This document shows positions 14,501-41,333 of a stretch of 64,000 nt of DNA, in pieces (position 1 is the stretch's first letter; each line of letters opens with the position of its first letter). The position numbers and the translations under genes are program-made. The notes beneath the pieces are model-generated. The model was not told the origin of the DNA. It searched no databases and was given only the letters and a program-made list of their open reading frames with translations. The DNA is taken from assembly GCF_035594765.1 (NCBI RefSeq), contig NW_026943821.1, forward strand, positions 18,073,608 to 18,137,607. The letters run 5' to 3'. Origin of the DNA: Anolis carolinensis. Taxonomy: Eukaryota.

Positions 14501-16962
14501 ACTGAAAATCATTTGTTTTTCACTTCAAAGGAATTAAGATTGGTGTTGATAGCTGCCCTGCAGGGTTGTCACAATTTATGTTTTCCCTGTACAGAGTGTA
14601 GTAGTGTTTTGTTTTTTAAATTCCTTTGCATTCTTTGTACTGTATCCCTCAGGTAATAGATATGCCGGAACATAATCCTGGTCAAATGGGTGGAACAATG
14701 CGGCTTGGCAAGAGAAGAACAGTCTTCCAAACTGATAACTCAGTCATGAGTATGAATTTTTGTAGCTCTGTCTGTCCCTCCCTCCCTCCTGCATGTCCAG
14801 ATGTGGAGGCCTTTTTATCCCATGTCCAGCGAGTTATCTAATGTAATCAGGGGTAGATGTGGGCCAGGCAAAGAAAGCATGTTATTCAATTCTGTGTCAT
14901 ATCATTCATGGCCATGAGCTTTGATGGATTTAATAGGCCAGAAGAAAGAAAGCTATCCCCACCACTGCACCCCACTCCCGCCAATTATAAGATATTGCTG
15001 TGGCTCTTCTAAAGCTTAGTTACTGATAGTGTTGTAGTGCTTGTTGGATGTATTATGTCCATTAACCGTGCATTCAGATATTTGCAACACATCTGAACAA
15101 AAACATACCCATTTATTTTTCCAAGACTTGTAAACTGAAATGTTTCACCATGAATGTCACTCGCATTCACAAGAGCATGCTATTTATTTATTTTTTAGCA
15201 GCATTTATATCCCTCCCTTCTCACCCCGAAGGGGGGGTCAGAGCAGCTTACAGTCATAGGTACATACAATATATTACATTATTCGTATAGCACAATATAA
15301 GCATTATACTGTATATTACTATATTGTACTATAACACAATATTGTAATATTAGTAATATTACATTAATATAAATATACCATTATAATAGTGTATTATTAT
15401 TATTATTATGCTAGGATTGGTTTCTAATGCTAAATCTGAGTGCTTGATAGATCTTACTGTATTTGACTTCTCTTACTGCTTTAGAGGTACACAGCAAGTA
15501 TCAGAATTTGATTTAAAAGGAATAGTCCACTTCAGGGCTTTAATCCACCCCATTCTTGGAAACAAGGGGAATTGGGGACATGCTGGTATTAATATGGTAA
15601 CCAATTTCCAATAAGCAAATCCTTATGTTTTCTTTCTGGATAGGAAAACTGTATGGAGATTGTGACCATATAGAAGAGAGGCACAGACACAGATTTGAGG
15701 TATGTCAAACACAAGTGAGCTTCATCAGTTTTTCATTGCATTCTCTGAAAAGTTATACAATGCTGTTTTTATTTTATAGGTAAATCCAGAATTGAGAAAT
15801 GCTTTGGAAGAAAAAGGTATGAAGTTCGTTGGTCAGGATGTTGAAGGAGAGCGAATGGAAATAGTTGAGCTGGAAGGTGAGCCCTTGGGTCGATCTTTGG
15901 TACCATTGTCAAGGAAAAGAATGTGTAGACATCTGTAAGATTTAAGAATCTTCATTCCAACTTTGGGAAAGAAAATAAGTACCACTTGAGGCATTGGAGA
16001 AGATAATAATAGAATTCTGAAAAAGTACCCAATATGAGACTGTGAGTTTAAAATTATTGTCTCGTGTATTATATGTGCCGTAACAGACAGACAGAATGGT
16101 AATATTCAGAATGGCTCTAAGAAAGGATATATTTTGTATTTTTTTTAACTTTGGCCAAATGAGGTTTCTTCAGATACTAACCTAATCAAAGATATGTACT
16201 TTTCTCTTCTAGAGCATCCATTTTTTGTTGGTGTTCAGTATCACCCAGAGTTTCTGTCTAGGCCTATAAAGCCATCTCCGCCTTACTTTGGTTTCCTCCT
16301 GGCTTCTGCAGGGAGGCTCGCACATTATCTACAGAAAGGTTGCAGACTCTCCCCTAGGTATGTGTATCTTCTGGCTTATTAAATCCAAATCAACTGTTAA
16401 TTACAATTCTTGAAGCTGCCCATTACTTCCCCCGAATAAAAGATGGTCAGAAGCCTGAACATCATCTTTTCAGTTTTGTGCTATGGGGTCAGACATCCAT
16501 ACCAAATCCTCCAGACGGATCTTGCCATAAGCCACAAACGGGGCTGCAAGCATCAGGATTCTTAAAAGCTGAAAGCAAGTATGACATTCTAGGGCCGATG
16601 CTAGTATCTGAAAACTACTGTTTCAATTTCTTTAGTATTCACAAATGACATTCTGGAGTATTTTGGGAAGTTTAATTGAACAATAAGTTGAAATTCTTCT
16701 ATTTGCTGGGTAAACGTCTTCCCAGGGCCCTTTCCACCTTGGATTCGGCCCCTGTAAACAAACCAGGCTTGTATGGAAATGTTAGTGCTTCCGTTATGTT
16801 GTTTCTCATAGTGGGTGCTTTGCCTGTAAGAGGGAATCCAGAGGTGAAGCTGAAATGCAGAAATTTTTTCTTCATAGGGATACATACAGTGACAGAAGTG
16901 GAAGTAGCTCGCCAGACTCTGAGATGACAGAATTGAAATTTCCTGCAGTAAATCATGAGTAA
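5577..16962 (+). CDS. CTPS1: CTP synthase 1, 17 coding exons, 591 aa
   Basis: Exons 5577-5742, 5850-6020, 7167-7267, 7779-7895, 8496-8579, 8874-8954, 9733-9884, 10022-10154, 11460-11548, 12402-12496, 13060-13122, 13894-13937, 14653-14749, 15644-15699, 15780-15876, 16213-16357, 16878-16962. All GT-AG, 1776 nt in frame. Motifs [32 protein letters not shown] (catalytic Cys), QYHPEF and the CTPS1-type tail [11 protein letters not shown]. Confidence 0.97.
10330..10992 (+). mobile_element. Decayed CR1 LINE 3' portion in a CTPS1 intron
   Basis: Contains ctagaatactgtgtccagttct and ccctatgaagaa...gagctggg CR1 RT-end motifs and a ctatgattct tail. Confidence 0.7.
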
Positions 16963-17972
16963 TTGCAGGTAATGTCTTCCTTCATTTTTTAAAGATTTCC
17001 TCCTCTTCCTTGCATCTTCTTCAAGTGTAATGGTGGCACATAGTTCTTTGGATGTTTCTTGTTCTAGAAATGAATTATTTCCTGTAAATAATCTCTTTTG
17101 TGTCTCCTCTTCCAGATATGCCTCATGATCAGAAGATGCTTCTTTGGATGCAATGGCTAAACCCCTGGAATCTTAAATCATATCATTATAATTGTATTTT
17201 AACAAATCATGTCACCCTTTTATGCCCCTCTCTTACATTTATTTTTAGTACTTTACTTTGCGAAGGTGACAGCAGTGCCTACTCGTGTGCTGAATAATGG
17301 CAGAAGACAGATTCTGGATTTCTGATGAGATTTAGTATGTTATTATGAATAGTCATAAACGTTGCCAAGCAGAATATCTTGATTCAGATTTTCTGTGAAC
17401 TTCCATTGTAGGAAGTTAAAGTTATAAGGTTTTCACTCATAAAGGTTTGTAGAGTGGAAGATTCTCAGGGCTGTAAAACTTAATCCTTTTTAAGTAATGG
17501 ATTTGTTTCTACATGACCACTGCAGAACACCTTTTCTAGAAATATCATTTTTCTGCTCTTGAAACTATATTTAGTTTATTTCGATCCTAGGAAGAGTGAA
17601 TTGTGTTGCAATTATGGATTTCAAATGTAAATTTCCTGTATTTTAGATGCACAGGCGAAGAGTGTATTTTCCTTTACTCCTGTTTCTTGGACTCATATAA
17701 TTCCTTGTATCAAGGGGAGGCCTGTATACAAGAAAATGACTTTTCATTTGCTGCCTTTTGGAATTCTCAATGAGATGGCTGCCTTACATTTAAAAGTCTC
17801 ACGTCCTTCTTTTTGTAAGGGAGGCCCACCTAACTCTGTCACCCCACTGTTGAGAAAGCGTCACTATGTTGGCTTAAAATATGCCATGGGGGAATTCAGT
17901 AATATATTTACTGCAACCTGCAAATGAGTAAAAGGATGGCAGAGGACTTTTATAGACATGAGAATTACATGA

Positions 17973-18082
17973 AATAAACATGTATACTCTTTTCTGTTTG
18001 CCAAAGTAGATTGTACATTGTGTTTCAAGTAAATAAGAGAGATGTTATAAAACATGCCATGTGCACAGTTTTGTTCATTAAA
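17973..18082 (+). terminator. CTPS1: Candidate CTPS1 polyadenylation signals
   Basis: AATAAA at 17973-17978 and ATTAAA at 18077-18082, followed by GT-rich sequence; the last (UTR) exon starts at 17116. Confidence 0.5.
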
Positions 18083-18865
18083 ACTTGGGGAAAGTAATCT
18101 GTGTCTGTTCTAGTCAGGCTTGGGTACTCTTGTGCCCTCACCTTACTTCCTTTTTATTAATTTAGGTTTGAGTATTCATTTTTGGAAATCCAAAATGCAT
18201 CAGAATCCAAAATTGTTTACATGGGTGGCTGAGATAGTGACATTTTTGCATTCTGATGATTCGGTGTAAATGAACTGTGGAGGACTGAATGATGTCCTAC
18301 TTTTTTTTTTACTTCTGGATCCTTGACTTATTTATATAATTAACCATAGTGTGACCGGTATAATCTATATTATAAATATCCTACCTAAGTTCCAGTGGTT
18401 ATACTTTTATAAACTCTGGAGAGTAGGGACGAAATTATTCTATTAGGTTCAAATATTTTGAATATACTTTCAAGTCTCATAGGTAGCAGCAATGGTCTGG
18501 CAGAATATACTGTAAGCCCTTGTTTGGTTCCAGGAAACAAATCTGTGGATGCTCAGTGGCATATTAAAATGGTGTCCCTCATATAAATGGCAAAACTAAG
18601 GTTTGTTTATGTATTTATTTGAATTTGGAATACCATATATTTTCAAACCATAAATGGTTGAATTGATGGATATGGAGGGCCAATTGTACTTATGAAAGGA
18701 CAACTGGTTAATGAAATGTAATTTTTTTCTACAGCAAGACCGACATACCCCACAAAATAATAAACCTATTAGACTCAAGCTCTTTATTGGACTACTTTTG
18801 TTTTATACTGGTGAATATTGATATTCCCAATGTCTGATGATATTTCTAGTGATACTGCTTCTCTG

Positions 18866-21698
<2,833 letters not shown>

Positions 21699-24600
21699 TT
21701 TCAGAACTCAAAGATGTGAAAAAAAATCTAGAAATAGGATTAGTATTTGATCTTAGTCTTCATTGGGATATTGCATGATGCAGATTTAATTGCTTTAATT
21801 CAATATTCATCTTGTGTTTTTTAAGTAGTTTATGCTGGAAAGACTTCTTTTTTGGCTTAGTAGAAAGAAGGAAGTAGAAGACGTAGTAGAAAGAAGGAAG
21901 TGTCCTTACAAGATCTGTGGCTGATAAGGCCTCAGTATTGTGTCAAAGCCTATCAGGAAAACATTTGGCTTCTCATAATCATTACACTGATTGATGTGAT
22001 GACTGTGGTTTGGCAGATGATTGCTACTTAGTGTGGCAGATTACTTGTTAACTTTTGATGCGGCAGCCTAAAGGGATAGAAAAACATTTTTCTGGATCTT
22101 ATCAATGTTCCTTAAATCTAGCAAACCCACCCTAAAATCTTGCAGTTTTCAAATTTTTAAAAAAGTATTGTACATAGTAAACTTTCCTCACCCTTCCCTA
22201 ATTTTTCTTTACATTCATGACTACAGCATATGCAAGCCCTAAACAGAAGCGATGAAGCACACTACATTTGTTACTTTGTGCCTACACTGTCAAATATACA
22301 AAATTAGTGACTTAATTTTTCCAGTTCTTTCAACGATTATACTTTCCTATCATTTATGCTTAAGTCTTTTGCTGGCATCTTGAAAGCCACCAGCAAAAGA
22401 ATCTGAAGCCATACATTCAGAGAGATATTTTTTAAACCCCCACTGAAACCTGGAATTTGTCTATTTACAACCAAATCTCCTGGTCTCTCTCTCTCTCTCT
22501 CTCCCCCCCCCCCCCCCAATCTCCCATTTTGTTGCTGTTGCCAAAATATTTGTATTGAAAAACGTATTATGTGAACCACCTAGAGGTCTACAGGTAGCCT
22601 GCTACTTCGTTTCTGAAAAGAGGTTCTATAGAGCTACTACTACGTCCAGGTTCATGATAGTGGATGACTCCTGGAATTCCATGTTCTAAATCCTTAGCCA
22701 AATGGTGGAAAGGAACCTGGAGGATTCCTATGAAGGCATCACTTAATATGCAATGTAGACAACCTGTAGATGCCACAGTCAAAGTAAATCTTTTTCACAG
22801 GTTTAATCCCTCTACTTCCCAACTTCTTTAACACTCAACTTACCATGGAAGGAATGAGTATTCATGTTAGACAAGAGTCCAGGTTTCTTGTTAAATTCCT
22901 ACCATTGCCTTTAGCTATAGCAAGTCTATGACATGCACCTCTACTTATCTTTACCCAAGCTTGAAATTGTGAGGTCATAGATGTATAGTTCTAATGTGTG
23001 CTCTAATGTGTGCTCGCAGGTGGTCCCATGATACAGAACACACACCATAATTCTGGTGATAGAGCCTTGGCAAATAAATATATGGACTGCAGCGACCAAG
23101 GAAAATGGGTGTGCATTTGAATCATGAGCTGTGTTAAACAGACCTTCCTTTATTTACATATAATTCTCATCAAGTAGGTAGGACTACAAGTGGGAAATTG
23201 GCAATTATTCCTTCATGTCAAATTGCTGGCATTAGAATGGTGTTGCCTCAACTTCTTATTGTCCTAGTCTCAGGAACCAGTTGCTTGCACTAATTTGTGC
23301 TGGGTAGATCAATAACGTTCTCATTTCACTAATAAACTTTTGTATTTATTGTCTAATTTGTACCATTGATCAAATAAGCAAATGTGGAGCTGTACCACTT
23401 TCCTTCCCTCTTTTATTTATAAACAAAATCAACAGATTAAGTGCAGAAAAAAATATTGATAGGATCATCCCTGCTTCCTGTTCACAGGAATGTGATTGTG
23501 TAGCCAGACAGCAATAACAAAGACTGTAACCCTGCCCCAAAAGGAAGGCTACACCAGGCAAGCCACATGTCGGCTGAGTTGCATCCTTCTGCAGTAAGCT
23601 CCTTTTCACACTTGTTTTTGCATTTTAAATTTTAGGTTCTTTAATCTCTTCTTCTGGAGCAGTCCAAAAATTTGCTCTTCCAGAAGAGCCTCATGAGGGA
23701 GGAAGAAGTATCCACAGGAAGGGTAGTAAAGCATGTGACTTGGGAAGAAAGAAGGAGCTTAAAAATGATGTGTATCACACACTGCCCTATGCCCAGTTTA
23801 TAGTATGGGGAAGGCCATACATGACTAATCCAAAGGCCCGTGTCTATGCATCTCAAAAGACAGGGCACATTGTTCAGTGTCCGGAGTAGGTAAAGAAATC
23901 AAAAGCCCTCATAGTTTTGCTTTGTGGAAGCAAAGAAGTCTTCATTCATGGATCTCTAGAGAAGCAGAACTTTGGGGCACCAGCTTAATACCACCTTCTC
24001 TCATTTTCATTTACTAGCAAGAAACATCCTCAGTTCTGGAACAGCAGGGGTCACTGCTTAAGTGCCATAAAAATAAATACATTAAACATTTTCCAGCATA
24101 CATACAGTACAAATCAATTCATGTTTGTCTGCTCACACTGGGGATGGGCAAACATTTCAAAAACCAGTTCCCTATATAGTCAACATTACAATGACCTCTC
24201 AGCCATAGTGTGAAGTGGAGGGATGTTAAATGGTACTACTGTCGAATAAGAAATATTTAACTTCCCAGCAAAAAATCTAAACAGCGGCTATTTCAATATC
24301 AAATAGAAAAAGATCATATTCTTGTTTGGGCTATTTGGTTATCTACCCTGACATCTGGTAAAGAAAGCTCTTTTCCCGCCAACTTATCTGAAGAGCTTCA
24401 AGTGATAGAGATATTAATGCGGATCCACTTTTCAGCCCATCACAATTGTCTTTCCTTTTTGTTCCAAATAAATATCAGAACTCTACTATCATGTCAGCTG
24501 CACTTGGAAACTGGTAGACTGAGATCTCCATGAAGGCAAAGCAAAAATAAAAATAAAAATCTATATTCAGATATTAGGGCTAGCAGAATGGTGTGTCCTC

Positions 24601-25144
24601 TGCTATAATCCCTGATACAAAGGGAGTGGATAATCTGGAAAACAGCACCTGGTTATCTTATGAAAGAACTGGTTCCTTGCAGTTAGTCTTTTCTGCATGG
24701 CACAGAATGGGAACACTCGCCTGGCATTGCCCAGCCAAAATGCACTCTTGGTGCAACATGAAGAGAATCCTTGAGGAGGGCAGGAAAAGGAACATGGTGC
24801 AAAGAAGGGCCCAATAGCGACGTCCAACGTGAATGCGGCTCTTTCAGAACTCCATATACAAAGCTCATCTTCCCAGTAAAATTGCCTATGGTCCTAAATT
24901 CCACCAGCAGAAAGTAGAGGAAACATTTATCCTTTCAGGCCAAACTGTCTATATCCAAGTCTCATCTGAAGGTCTGGCGTGACCGGGGTCTTCCTCTAGG
25001 ATAAAACCTTCTTTTCTGTGGTAGCGAAGATATTCTTGTAGTGCTATAACGCGGTGGGCAAGAAATGCAGGTTTACGTTACCTTCTGTATTGGAGAAGAG
25101 AGCACGATGTTTGCAAGACTTCTGCCAGAATGACACTTCGTTCT

Positions 25145-36135
<10,991 letters not shown>

Positions 36136-37244
36136 TATAATGTCTGTTACAGGTCCTCACCTTGGAACTGGCTCAGGTTTACTGAACGGAAGTTGTCTAG
36201 GTAAAAATAATTTAAAAAGAGAAAACAAGTGAATATGAAGTGTCAAACATGTGGTGAAGAATTTCAGTCAAAGTAGTGAACTTTTTACAAATCAAATGCC
36301 AAATATCAATTGTAGTGTTTACATTTCAGCTCTAGGGTTTTATGAATGAAATTGAATATTTTGGATCCATTGTATTTTGTTTTAAGGCATCATTTTACTT
36401 CATTATTTGCTTAAATTATTTATTTTCTGCATGTTATCAAAAGCTTAATGTTGTATAGTAAATGCATTACAGCACGAAAAAAATAGTAGTCCACCAAAAT
36501 TCGAAATGTTTGCATAAGATAGGAATTGAAGTCAGCAAAAATACATTTTTAACAGGTGCTGAAATGTCATTAAGCTTCTATTGTAGGGAGTAGCAAATTC
36601 CAAAGATGAGACAATAAAACAAAAAGGATCTCTCTGAAGTAATTACAATTTCTTTGGCACTTAAAGGCTTGAGGGCGAAGTAACCTTAGAAGACGCACTG
36701 CTATAGACATGCAATCCCCATTTCCATTTCATCATAAAATGATATTCAAGATAAATCTGATTGACATCCCTCGTTTATGCCAGGGTGTGAATAACAGATG
36801 CTTTGAACTGCAACTCCTAGAATACTTCTCCATTCACTACACTGATTAGGGCTGCTGAGATTTGCAACAACAACAATTGGCGGGTCACAAGAATCCCGTG
36901 CCTGGTCTCTCTGAAATAATAACAGTAATTCCTGCATCTCCTTGTGGCTTGAGGTAGGGTACAATATAGTTAAAACAAAATATTATTAAAATATAGTTAA
37001 AACAAAATATTATTAAAATACACCGAACCTGCATAGATGTGGGCGAAAAGTCAGGAGAGAATGCTTCTGGAACATGACCATACAGCCTGGAAAACTCACA
37101 GCAACCCAGACAACTATAATTTTTTATATAGTTGTCAATACTCCCTGGATGTTACTGAACGACAACTCCCATCACTTTTGATTATCTGCTGTGTGAACTG
37201 GGGATAATGGGGATTGCAACACAACAGGCCTTGTGGCACTGATG

Positions 37245-37676
37245 TTTTTTTTTTTCCTGTTTCAGGAGCGACTTGAAAAACTGCAACCCTCACAGCTCTG
37301 AGGATGCCTGCCACAGAGGTGGGCGAAACGTCAGTTCTGGAACATGGCCATACAGTCCAAAAGATTCACAGCAACCCGAATTGCAAGGTCGCTTCTGATG
37401 TGAGAGAATTGGACGTCTGCATGGATGATGCCCAGGGCATGCTCAGATGTTGGATGTTTTACCATCCAGTGGGAGGCTTGCCTCATGTCTGTGCATGGGA
37501 AGCTGGAGCTGACAGATGGGAGCTCGCCACGCTCCCTGGATCGTCCTGCTGGCACGAGGGTTTAACTCAGGCATGGGCAAACTTCGGCCCTCCGGCTGTT
37601 AGGAATTGTGGGAGTTGAAGTCCAAAACACCCGGAGGGCCGAAGTTTGCCCATGCCTGGTTTAACCCACTGTGCTA
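37245..37676 (-). mobile_element. SINE interrupted by a Penelope-end fragment and a hAT MITE
   Basis: SINE on -; Penelope piece at about 37288-37378; MITE 37568-37658 with TIR caggcatgggcaaactt and an 8-bp target duplication gtttaac(t/c). Confidence 0.7.
37294..37336 (+). ncRNA. Minimal type I hammerhead ribozyme motif (antisense to SCMH1 intron 1)
   Basis: agct CTGAGGA t gcctgc cacagag gtgggc GAAACGTC agtt; core intact, 4-bp helix I. Confidence 0.55.
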
Positions 37677-38087
37677 CCCTGTTTCCCCAAAAATAAGACA
37701 TCCCCAAAAAATAAGAGGTTTTGCTTAATTGCTAAATATAAGGCCTCCCCTGAAAGTAAGACCTAGCAAAGTTTTTGTTTGAAAGCATGCCTGCCAAACA
37801 GAACACCAGAGCATGTAGGATTGGTAAATGTACATACGAGTTATACATGGAAATAATAGTAATAGTAAGAAATTCTTGACAGGAGTCACAGTTTGTCTGG
37901 TTTGGTTATGTTGGTTTGTGATGAAAACTACTGTACAGTATATAATAAATGTTCATTTTTTTTTGTTCAACAATAAATGTGAATTCTTCTTCATGGAAAA
38001 ATAAGACATCCCCTGAAAATAAGACCTAGCGCATCTTTGGGAGCAAAAAATAATATAAGACACTGTCTTATTTTCGGGGAAACACGG
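37677..38087. mobile_element. Tc1/mariner-type MITE with TA duplication
   Basis: TA-ccctgtttccccaaaaataagaca ... tgtcttattttcggggaaacacgg-TA; same family as 4496-4913. Confidence 0.8.
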
Positions 38088-38639
38088 TAGTGGGGGAAAG
38101 GTTATGAATATTTTGAAGCTTGACATCATGTCCACAAGCCTTGTGCCTAAAATCCAAACCGCTCTCCTGACTTAACAGAACAGCAGCCTTCCAGATGTTC
38201 CTGTATCACAACTCACATCAATTCCAGTCATGGTGATTGTACAAGAGTTATAGTCCAGTACCTGGGTGGCCACATACAATGACAGGGTGGGCCTGTGGGC
38301 CCTGAATTTGGCCCATAGACCCTGGAGCATCGCGAGTATGGGAGTCAATCCCATGCCTGTTCGGCTTGGATGCCCTGCGAGATGCTCCAGGGAAGGCCTC
38401 TGAGGTAAAAGAAGGGCTCCCGCTCAGCATTCTGGGCGGCTTTCTCAAGGCATAACAAATGCTAACGGAGGCCTTAGAGAGGCGCCTCAAAAAAAAAAAC
38501 CCCACCAGGCCGGCCTGTCACTCTCGCTGTCCGAGAGACGCGGCCTGCAGGGCTGCAGAGGCCTCAGGCTTTCCTGTCGCCCTTCCCGCCCCAGACAGGC
38601 CTCTCTTCAGCCCCCTTCCCCGGATAGAGGGAGGCCCTG

Positions 38640-38860
38640 CTCACCTGACAGCGCCGCGGCTCCTCACCGCCTCGCGACCGTTATCGCCGCCATGTTCCGG
38701 AGCGCCGCGCGGGGGTGCCGCCGCTGCAGCTGGGAAAGGAGGGCCGGGAAGGAGCGGAAGAGCCCGCCCGGCCCGGCGCCGCCCCTGGCCGCTTGGGGGC
38801 GCTTCGGCCTGGCAGGAGGGGCGCCGGAAGCACCGGGGGATCCGCTCGGCTCCACTTCCC
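38640..38860 (-). promoter_or_regulatory. SCMH1: SCMH1 CpG island promoter and non-coding exon 1
   Basis: CpG-dense region; donor tgtcag|gtgagc at 38645/38644; ETS-like ccggaa sites; YY1-like catggcgg; next exon acceptor at 36196. Confidence 0.65.
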
Positions 38861-38924
38861 ACAAGAACAACAATACTAATAAGTGGGTTGCTGTAATAAT
38901 AATAACAATTATAATTATATTGTT

Positions 38925-40560
38925 ATTATAATAATTACTAATGATATTGCGGTATAGTGGTATAGTACAATAATATACGAATTACTAATAATGTAATAAT
39001 TACCAATAATGCGGCATAGTGGTATAGTTCAATAATATACGAATGTCTAATAATGTTATAATTACTAATAATATTCTGGCATAGTGGTATAGTACAATAA
39101 TATGCAAATTGCTAATAATGTAATAATTACTAATATCATTACAGCATAGTGGTATAGTACAATAATCTACTAATTACTAATAATGTAATAATTACTAATA
39201 ATATTCCGGCATAATGGTATAGTACAATAATTTACAAATTGCTAATAATGTAATAATTACTAATAAAATTGCGGCATAGTGATATATTAAAGTAATCTAC
39301 TAATTACTAATAATGTAATAATTACTAATAATATTCTGGCATAGTGGTATAGTACAATAATATACAAATTGCTAATAATGTAATAATCACTAATAATATT
39401 CCGGCATAGTGGTATAGTACAATAATATACAAATTGCTAATAATGTAATAATTACTAATAACATTGTGGCATAGTAGTATAGTACAATAATCTACTAATT
39501 ACTAATAATATAAAAAATTACTAATAATATTCTGGCATAGTGGTATAGTACAATAATATACAAATTGCTAATAATGTAAAAATTACTAATAATATTCCTG
39601 CATAGTTGTATAGTACAATAATATACAATTTTCTAATAATGTAATAATTACTAATAATATTCTGGCGTAGTGGTAGAGTACAATAATATACAAATTGCTA
39701 ATAATGTAATAATTACTAATAACTTTGCAGCATAGTGGTATAGTACAATAATCTACTAATTACTAATAATATAAAAATTACTAATAATATTCTGGCATAG
39801 TGGCATAGTACAATAATATACAGATTGCTAATAATGTAATAATTACTAATAATATTCCGGCATAGTGGTAGAGTACAATAATATACAAATTGCTTATAAT
39901 GTAATAATTACTAATAATATTCCAGCATAGTGGTAGAGTACAATAATATACAAATTGCTAATACAGTAGAGATTCACTTATCCAAGGTTCTGTATTGTCC
40001 AAGGCAGTCTGCCTTTTAGTAGTCATTGTTTTTGTAGTAAATGTTGCAATGTTTTGGTGCTAAATTCGTAAATACAGTAATTACTACATAACATTACTGT
40101 GTATTGAACTGCTTTTTCTGTCAATTTCTTGTAAAACATGATGTTTTGGTGCTTAATTTGTAAAATCATAATGTAATTTTATGTTTAATAGGCTTTTTCT
40201 TAATCCCTCCTTATTATCCAACATTTTCGCTTATCCAACGTTCTGCGGGCCCCTTTATCTCGGATAAGTGAGACTCTACTGTAATATAATAATTACTAAT
40301 AATGCTGCGGCTTAGTGGTATAACACAATAATCTACTAATTACTAATAATATAATTGTTACTAATAATATTGCAGCATGGTGATATAATACAATAATCTA
40401 CTAATTACTAATAATAGAATAATTACTAATAATATTGCAGTATAGTGGTATAGAACAATAAAATGCTAATTACTAATAATATAATAATTAATAATATTGC
40501 AATATAGTGGTATAGAACAATACCTTTACCATAGTGGTATAGAACAATAATATACTAATT
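38925..40560. repeat. AT-rich minisatellite, unit about 59 bp, about 22 copies, interrupted by a MITE at 39964-40281
   Basis: Repeating taataatattctggcatagtggtatagtacaataatatacaaattgctaataatgtaataattac. Confidence 0.9.
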
Positions 40561-40584
40561 ATTAATACAATAATTACTAAAATT

Positions 40585-40970
40585 ACATGAAAATGAATAA
40601 AATCTGGCTACTGGTATTAAAAAAATCACTAAAATCAGGACAGTAAATAAAGAACACTCAGAAGAAAGAGGAATTCCAGGCAAGAAACAATCAGGGGCAG
40701 CTAACACCTCCCAATAAAGGAACCCCCTGGCAGAAATCAGCCAGGCCTTGAAGCTGCAAGGCTTTTCAATGCTAACCAAGGTGACTGATTGCAACATTCA
40801 AACAGACAAGAGTCTGGACCTTCCACAGATATATAAACCTCTCTTGCCTGGTTTCCAACATGCCTCACGACCTCTGGGGATGCCTGCCATAGATGTGGGC
40901 AAAACGTCAGGAGAGAATGCTTCTGGAACATGGTCATACAGCCCGGAAAACTCACAGCAAGGCAGTGATT
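40585..40970 (+). mobile_element. Penelope-like element 3' fragment (hammerhead core mutated)
   Basis: Matches the post-GIY-YIG tail (aatctggctact...aaaatcaggacagtaaataaag); core reads ctgggga...aaaacgtc. Confidence 0.75.
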
Positions 40971-41086
40971 CTGCCATGGGCCAACTTGGGCCCTCCCTCC
41001 AGGTGTTTTGGACCTCAACTGCCACCATTCCTAACAGCCTTCCAGCTTTCAGTCCAAAGTACCTGGCGGGAGGGCTGAAGTTTGTC

Positions 41087-41333
41087 CATGCCTGCGAGGG
41101 AGGGGCCAGGTTTTGTGGGCGGGGCGGGGGGCGGGGCTTCCCTTCGCTGACGGTTCATGCCTGCGACGGAGGGGTCAGGTTTTGTGGGCGGGGCGGGGCG
41201 GGGGGCGTGGCTTCCCTTCCTTCCCCTCCCCTACGAGGGGCGAGGAAGCTCCGTCCTGCGGTCGCCACGCGGCGCTTCAGGCCGGAAAGGAGAGAGGATC
41301 GCGGGGAAAGAATTCCTCCTCCTCCGTCCGGAG
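41087..41333 (+). promoter_or_regulatory. RHBDL2: RHBDL2 promoter with duplicated GC-box block
   Basis: CpG-rich region with two copies of catgcctgcga...ttttgtgggcggggcgggg...cttcccttc upstream of the ATG at 41334. Confidence 0.6.

Noticed and set aside
22836-22850. caacttaccatggaa shared with 26909-26923
   Set aside because: A short match built on a splice-donor consensus; it may mark an SLFNL1 UTR exon but cannot be supported further.
38925-40560. Regularly spaced repeat resembling a CRISPR array
   Set aside because: The whole unit repeats with no unique spacers, the context is eukaryotic and there are no cas genes; it is a minisatellite.
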